Positions 59,670 through 64,000 of a stretch of 64,000 nucleotides of DNA are shown piece after piece (position 1 is the stretch's first letter; each line of letters opens with the position of its first letter). The stretch lies in the IMG/VR virus record IMGVR_UViG_3300001487_000106, positions 29,193-93,192 of that record. One strand, given 5' to 3'. Below the pieces are notes generated by a model that searched no databases, was not told the DNA's origin, and was given only the letters and a program-made list of their open reading frames with translations. A program made the position numbers and the translations under genes. The stretch is from a virus. Taxonomy: Duplodnaviria; Caudoviricetes.

Positions 59670-60050
59670 ATGGCAAAGAATAACAAAAAAGATACGAACA
59701 AGAAAACCAACCCCGTAGTAGACGCTAAGATCGTTGCAAACGAGCAGAAGCAGAAGCAGTCTAAGATCAAAAAGGCTGCTAGAACAGCATGGACAGTAAC
59801 AAAGGTAACGGTCTCGACTGTGGTTCTCGGCACTGCAACTGCGGTCGGCGCTTTAGTGATATACGGAGTGGCAGATGAGTTGGATAGACATGCCGAATTT
59901 GAGAAGAACGAGCATATCTATTACAGAGAGAAAGTCGGGTTTCGAACCCGTTATTTCAACAAGAACGGCAGAGACGTTACATCAGACGTCAAAGCCGCTC
60001 TTAAGAGTGGCACACTGAAAAAAGAAGACATATGCGGAAAGGAGGTGTAA
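59670..60050 (+). CDS. Hypothetical single-pass membrane protein
   Basis: RBS aaggagg favours ATG 59670; hydrophobic VVLGTATAVGALVIYGV. Confidence 0.7.
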   Translation: MAKNNKKDTNKKTNPVVDAKIVANEQKQKQSKIKKAARTAWTVTKVTVSTVVLGTATAVGALVIYGVADELDRHAEFEKNEHIYYREKVGFRTRYFNKNGRDVTSDVKAALKSGTLKKEDICGKEV

Positions 60051-60052
60051 AA

Positions 60053-60229
60053 ATGTTTACAACAGTTGCAGTGCCAATAATCGCATTATATTCACTTATT
60101 GCTGCTAAGGCAGCATATAATAATGCTGAACACATAATAAGATGTGACAATATGCACCGTGCATTAAAAGCTGAACAGAAAAAAAATGAGGAGGATATAT
60201 CTCCAGAGGATATCAGCACAGCAGAGTAA
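60053..60229 (+). CDS. Small hypothetical membrane/secreted peptide
   Basis: RBS aaggaggtg, MFTTVAVPIIALYSLIAA. Confidence 0.65.
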   Translation: MFTTVAVPIIALYSLIAAKAAYNNAEHIIRCDNMHRALKAEQKKNEEDISPEDISTAE

Positions 60230-60238
60230 TTATTGTTA

Positions 60239-60273
60239 AGGGGTGTGATGAATAATCACACCCCTCTTTTTTT
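60239..60273 (+). terminator. Intrinsic terminator
   Basis: aggggtgtgat / atcacacccct plus T run. Confidence 0.85.
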
Positions 60274-60286
60274 ATATTTGAAACGT

Positions 60287-60321
<35 letters not shown>

Positions 60322-60339
60322 TGAAAGGAGTTTTCTTTT

Positions 60340-60612
60340 ATGTCATATTTTTTTTGTTTGTTAAGTACTGAAGAATGTAAGGATCCTACACATTTCGGTT
60401 TTAATTATGCTAAAAAGAAAGAATCAGAATGGATTTCTGCTCCTGTTGAAATTAAGGAGTTTGCATCTGTAGGTGCTAAAGGTCAATATTACGTATATAA
60501 AGATGAAAAAGCATATATGTTATTTAAATACTATTATGACAGTGATAATGCAAGAATTGTCATTATATGTAAAGAATCTAAAGACGGTTGTGACACTCGT
60601 GATAATTTCTAG
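60340..60612 (+). CDS. Hypothetical protein
   Basis: 90 aa, RBS gaaaggag. Confidence 0.75.
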   Translation: MSYFFCLLSTEECKDPTHFGFNYAKKKESEWISAPVEIKEFASVGAKGQYYVYKDEKAYMLFKYYYDSDNARIVIICKESKDGCDTRDNF

Positions 60613-60712
60613 TTTTATATCTATACAACATAGATATAAGCTTATTGATTGGATGGAAACAACTTTAAGTTATGCTTATTTTCATTACATTTTTACTTCC
60701 TTTAATGTTATA

Positions 60713-60759
60713 AAAAGATTGAGTAAGGGTTTTACCCCCTTACTCAATCTTTATTTTTT
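60713..60759. terminator. Bidirectional terminator between convergent genes
   Basis: aaagattgagtaaggg / cccttactcaatcttt. Confidence 0.8.
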
Positions 60760-62036
60760 TAGTTATTATACGCTTGTATACAGAAAATAAAATAAAAGAA
60801 TATCGCTTTTTTATAATTTACACGAGAAGCTTCTCTCCTATATTTTTCATGTACACCCACTTCTTCTGCCCATTTATCAAGGGTTTCTTTTATTCTACGT
60901 ATATTATCATTATTTGAATTAGTCTTCCTAAACAAGTCCTCAGACCAATGTAGAAAGTAACGAGAATTGATATCTTCAGCTTTTTTATTTTCATCGTATA
61001 GATATAAGAATAAAATTGCTTCAATAAATTTTTGAATGTCATCAGTGTATTTGTCTGAAATTATCTTAGCTAAATAAAATCTAGTTTCAGAAATTGACAC
61101 ACCGCTTATTTTTGCTACCATACTAATTAATCTTAAATTTATATCTTGTGTTAATATTTTAAGAGTAATCTTTCGACCTACTGCTTCAACAGATGATGTC
61201 TTATTTTGTTCATCAACGTCTATTCTCATTTCATCACTATACGTGTCTTTCGTCAACGTTACACGTAATCCAGCTGCATGATTTTTCATATACTGATCAC
61301 ATATTTTCTTTATCATTGACTTCTGGTCATTACGAATACGCTGTATCCATCGTATCATTTCTTTATCTGATGCATCATTCATGAAAGCTTTTAAAAAGTT
61401 ATATGAATTTTGTATTGACACAAAAAGTGCACCAAATATATGACCCTGCTGCTTGATGATGAACTTTTCTGTAAGATTATCAATAGTATATTGCATTACT
61501 GCTTCATCTGCACCATATTTAAAAAATAAACTAAAGACTGCAGGATAATCTGCCAATGCATAAATAGCAAGAGCAGAATTTAAACCTTTTTGATCTTTCT
61601 TAATATGATAGTATCTTATACAACAATAAAATATCCAAAATATCTGATTACCTTTTAATAGTTTAAAGTCTGACTTAGAACCTAGTGAATTAACTACATC
61701 ATCAATTAATTTATCAACTTCAGGTATATGTATTTTCTGTTCTTTACTACTTCCTGAAAGTTTATATTCTAAACCAAATAAATCACAATACTGCGCTTTT
61801 TCAACCGATGTGAATGGAATTAAATAAACAGGTCCTGATGTATGAAGTTTTTCACTGTTTCTATCCATATATTGACCAATCAACTGTTTAAATTTTTTAT
61901 CACCTTGAGGAGTACTGAGTACTGCTGCTATTTTTGGATAAAGCTTTTCTAACATTATATGTGAATCAGTAGCTGCTTCAAGAATAATTTCAGCTTCCTG
62001 CTCTTTATTATAAATCATTTCAGATAAAGTTGTCAC
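60759..62036 (-). CDS. Putative virion protein
   Basis: GTG start with RBS aggagg, late promoter at 62064-62076, ILEAA site near the N-terminus. Confidence 0.6.
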   Translation of the reverse strand: MTTLSEMIYNKEQEAEIILEAATDSHIMLEKLYPKIAAVLSTPQGDKKFKQLIGQYMDRNSEKLHTSGPVYLIPFTSVEKAQYCDLFGLEYKLSGSSKEQKIHIPEVDKLIDDVVNSLGSKSDFKLLKGNQIFWIFYCCIRYYHIKKDQKGLNSALAIYALADYPAVFSLFFKYGADEAVMQYTIDNLTEKFIIKQQGHIFGALFVSIQNSYNFLKAFMNDASDKEMIRWIQRIRNDQKSMIKKICDQYMKNHAAGLRVTLTKDTYSDEMRIDVDEQNKTSSVEAVGRKITLKILTQDINLRLISMVAKISGVSISETRFYLAKIISDKYTDDIQKFIEAILFLYLYDENKKAEDINSRYFLHWSEDLFRKTNSNNDNIRRIKETLDKWAEEVGVHEKYRREASRVNYKKAIFFYFIFCIQAYNN

Positions 62037-62063
62037 GTTTACCCCTCCTAAAAAAAGTCTTAG

Positions 62064-62076
62064 TTAAGTATTTGTT
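62064..62076 (-). promoter_or_regulatory. Late promoter AACA-N6-TAA
   Basis: Minus strand aaca aatact taa. Confidence 0.7.
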
Positions 62077-62132
62077 TTTCATTCATTTTTTTACAGTATT
62101 ATAATATTTTCAGTTATAAGGAGAAATAAATA

Positions 62133-62474
62133 ATGAGAAAAATATTGTCAAAAATTTTAGATTATACGATGATAATGACATTTCTATCATCATTAGGAAT
62201 AACTATATATAATATAGCACACAAAATAAATCCTTTTAAAAATTTTATTTCATATATTATTCTTCCGGTGTTATTGTTTATATTCTCAATAATAATTGGA
62301 TTGTTTAATTCAAGAATAATACAAAATAAAAAGTCGGTAAAGACTATAAATGAAAATTGGAATTTCTATAAAAAATGTATGGAAGAATTTAAACATACTA
62401 AAGCATACGATGATAAACCGTTTAAAATTCATGAAAAAATTTTTGAGGATGAGGAGACAGATAAAAATGAATAA
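62133..62474 (+). CDS. Two-TM membrane protein
   Basis: Two hydrophobic segments, RBS aaggag. Confidence 0.7.
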   Translation: MRKILSKILDYTMIMTFLSSLGITIYNIAHKINPFKNFISYIILPVLLFIFSIIIGLFNSRIIQNKKSVKTINENWNFYKKCMEEFKHTKAYDDKPFKIHEKIFEDEETDKNE

Positions 62475-63087
62475 ATTAGAATTATCTATTGGTGTTGATA
62501 TAGACTCTACTATCAACAGAGCACATTTTTATGATATAATACATGGTAGGGAATTATGTAAGGAATTTAATCATAAATGTGAAGAACATCTTGATGAGTC
62601 TGATGTCAAAAAAATGTTTAATTTTTCAGATGAATTGTATAAAATTTATATGATTAGATATTTTCCATGGAATTGTAAATTTAATGAAGTTGAAATAGGA
62701 GCATCAGAAGCTCTGCGAATTTTATCACGTAAAGGATATAGAATAGTTATCATTACGGCTAGAGATGATAAATATAATAAACCCGGAATACCTTATACTG
62801 GGGATAGAATGGTACGTGATACATTAGATTGGTTAGAAGAAAATAAAATACCATATAATGATATAATTTTTGGAGCAAAAGATAAACGAAAAGTTTGTGA
62901 AGAAAATTCAATAGACGTTATGGTTGATGATGACCCAAAACATATTTTAAATGTATCTCAATCTATTCCAGTTATAATAGCAGCACAACCTTATAATGAG
63001 TATTTGATAGATACACCAAATACATATTTCAGTCGTAATTGGATTGAGACATGCGATATCCTTCAAAATTTATGGAAAATAATGTGA
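62467..63087 (+). CDS. HAD-superfamily 5'(3')-deoxyribonucleotidase (NT5C-like)
   Basis: IGVDIDSTI, IITAR, K, VMVDDD, QPYN; RBS gaggag favours ATG 62467. Confidence 0.85.
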   Translation: MNKLELSIGVDIDSTINRAHFYDIIHGRELCKEFNHKCEEHLDESDVKKMFNFSDELYKIYMIRYFPWNCKFNEVEIGASEALRILSRKGYRIVIITARDDKYNKPGIPYTGDRMVRDTLDWLEENKIPYNDIIFGAKDKRKVCEENSIDVMVDDDPKHILNVSQSIPVIIAAQPYNEYLIDTPNTYFSRNWIETCDILQNLWKIM

Positions 63088-63117
63088 TATTAATTTATAA
63101 ATAAGGGGAATAGTTAT

Positions 63118-64000
63118 ATGAAAATAAACTTTGAATATATTGGATATAGCCAAGGAGTAATTTTGTCACAAAATATAAAAACGATAACAAATCAGATGAA
63201 TGAACTTCTTGCTACCTATGACAAATTTATTAAAGACACATCATTAATGGAAATTGATGATAAAGATTTAAATTATATAGACAGTATGATTGATGATTGC
63301 ATAGAAACAGTTCCAATAATTATTGATACTCTCAGTAATACTGTAATAGCACTGGTTGAATCAGATTTTAAAACAATGATTGATGAAACAGAATTTCAGA
63401 ATATGCATTCATCGATAAAAAAATCTATTAATGAAATAAAACACCGAAAAGATATGATTAACTTTATATATGATGCGTATTCAAAAGGTGTAAAATATGA
63501 AGAATTTGCTAATGGTAATAAGCGAAGATATTTTGTGAATCCAGAGCATAGCAGATATATTGATGTATACTTTACACCAAATGCATTTGTTTTTACAGAT
63601 ATTTATTCGGAAGATAAAATATTAAAAAATATACACATAAAACTCGATATAAAAGATATAAAAAAGAAAATGAAAGAAAAAAATAAATTAAAGAATTATG
63701 CTATGTTTGAACTCCCCCACGCTTTAAAGTATACATCTGATAAAATATTTAGTTCACTTAGAAAAGAAGGTGTATGCTTTTCATCTCCATTTGAGTTTGC
63801 ATTACGTATGTTTATAATGTCATGGTTCTTTAATACGCTAGTTGAATATGATAATAAATATTATAAATCATTAGTAAAAACATATTCAGATATTTTTATT
63901 AATAATATTAAAGAAAGAGATATTATTCATTTTAAAATGAATAATATATTTTTAATACGATTGGTTAATATTTCTAAATATTCTAAACTATATAATGATA
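63118..64000 (+). CDS. Hypothetical protein, 3'-truncated by the window
   Basis: RBS aagggg, ATG 63118 (MKINFEYIG...); the frame appears open to the window end. Confidence 0.65.
   Translation, partial: MKINFEYIGYSQGVILSQNIKTITNQMNELLATYDKFIKDTSLMEIDDKDLNYIDSMIDDCIETVPIIIDTLSNTVIALVESDFKTMIDETEFQNMHSSIKKSINEIKHRKDMINFIYDAYSKGVKYEEFANGNKRRYFVNPEHSRYIDVYFTPNAFVFTDIYSEDKILKNIHIKLDIKDIKKKMKEKNKLKNYAMFELPHALKYTSDKIFSSLRKEGVCFSSPFEFALRMFIMSWFFNTLVEYDNKYYKSLVKTYSDIFINNIKERDIIHFKMNNIFLIRLVNISKYSKLYND

Overview
A 64-kb, very AT-rich segment of a jumbo myovirus of the phiKZ/AR9(PBS1)-related group. The host is probably a Firmicute (GAAAGGAG-type ribosome-binding sites, BspA-like LRR genes); that is inferred. 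Genetic code 11 fits. The window encodes a tubulin/PhuZ-like GTPase, gyrase-type topoisomerase B and A subunits, major capsid, terminase, portal, tail sheath and tube, the N-terminal half of a split family B DNA polymerase, a DnaB helicase and two fragments of multisubunit RNA polymerase beta' subunits. Two closely related group I introns can be mapped to the nucleotide from their P1/P10 pairings. One is ORF-less, in terminase (28012-28380). The other is in RNAP beta' (54524-56380) and carries a triple NUMOD4-HNH endonuclease that appears to start at ATT. Fifteen intergenic AACA-N6-TAA sites match the AR9 late promoter, which raises the possibility of uracil-containing DNA. The most novel-looking elements: two promoter-to-terminator, highly structured minus-strand RNAs that each carry a tiny ORF (about 28785-29015 and 35305-35560, the second with a pseudoknot); a degenerate second copy of the capsid gene 3' end; a roughly 45-aa module nested inside itself in the tail sheath and shared with two other virion proteins; and a degenerate terminase paralog. 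All calls come from reading motifs by eye; no searches were run.
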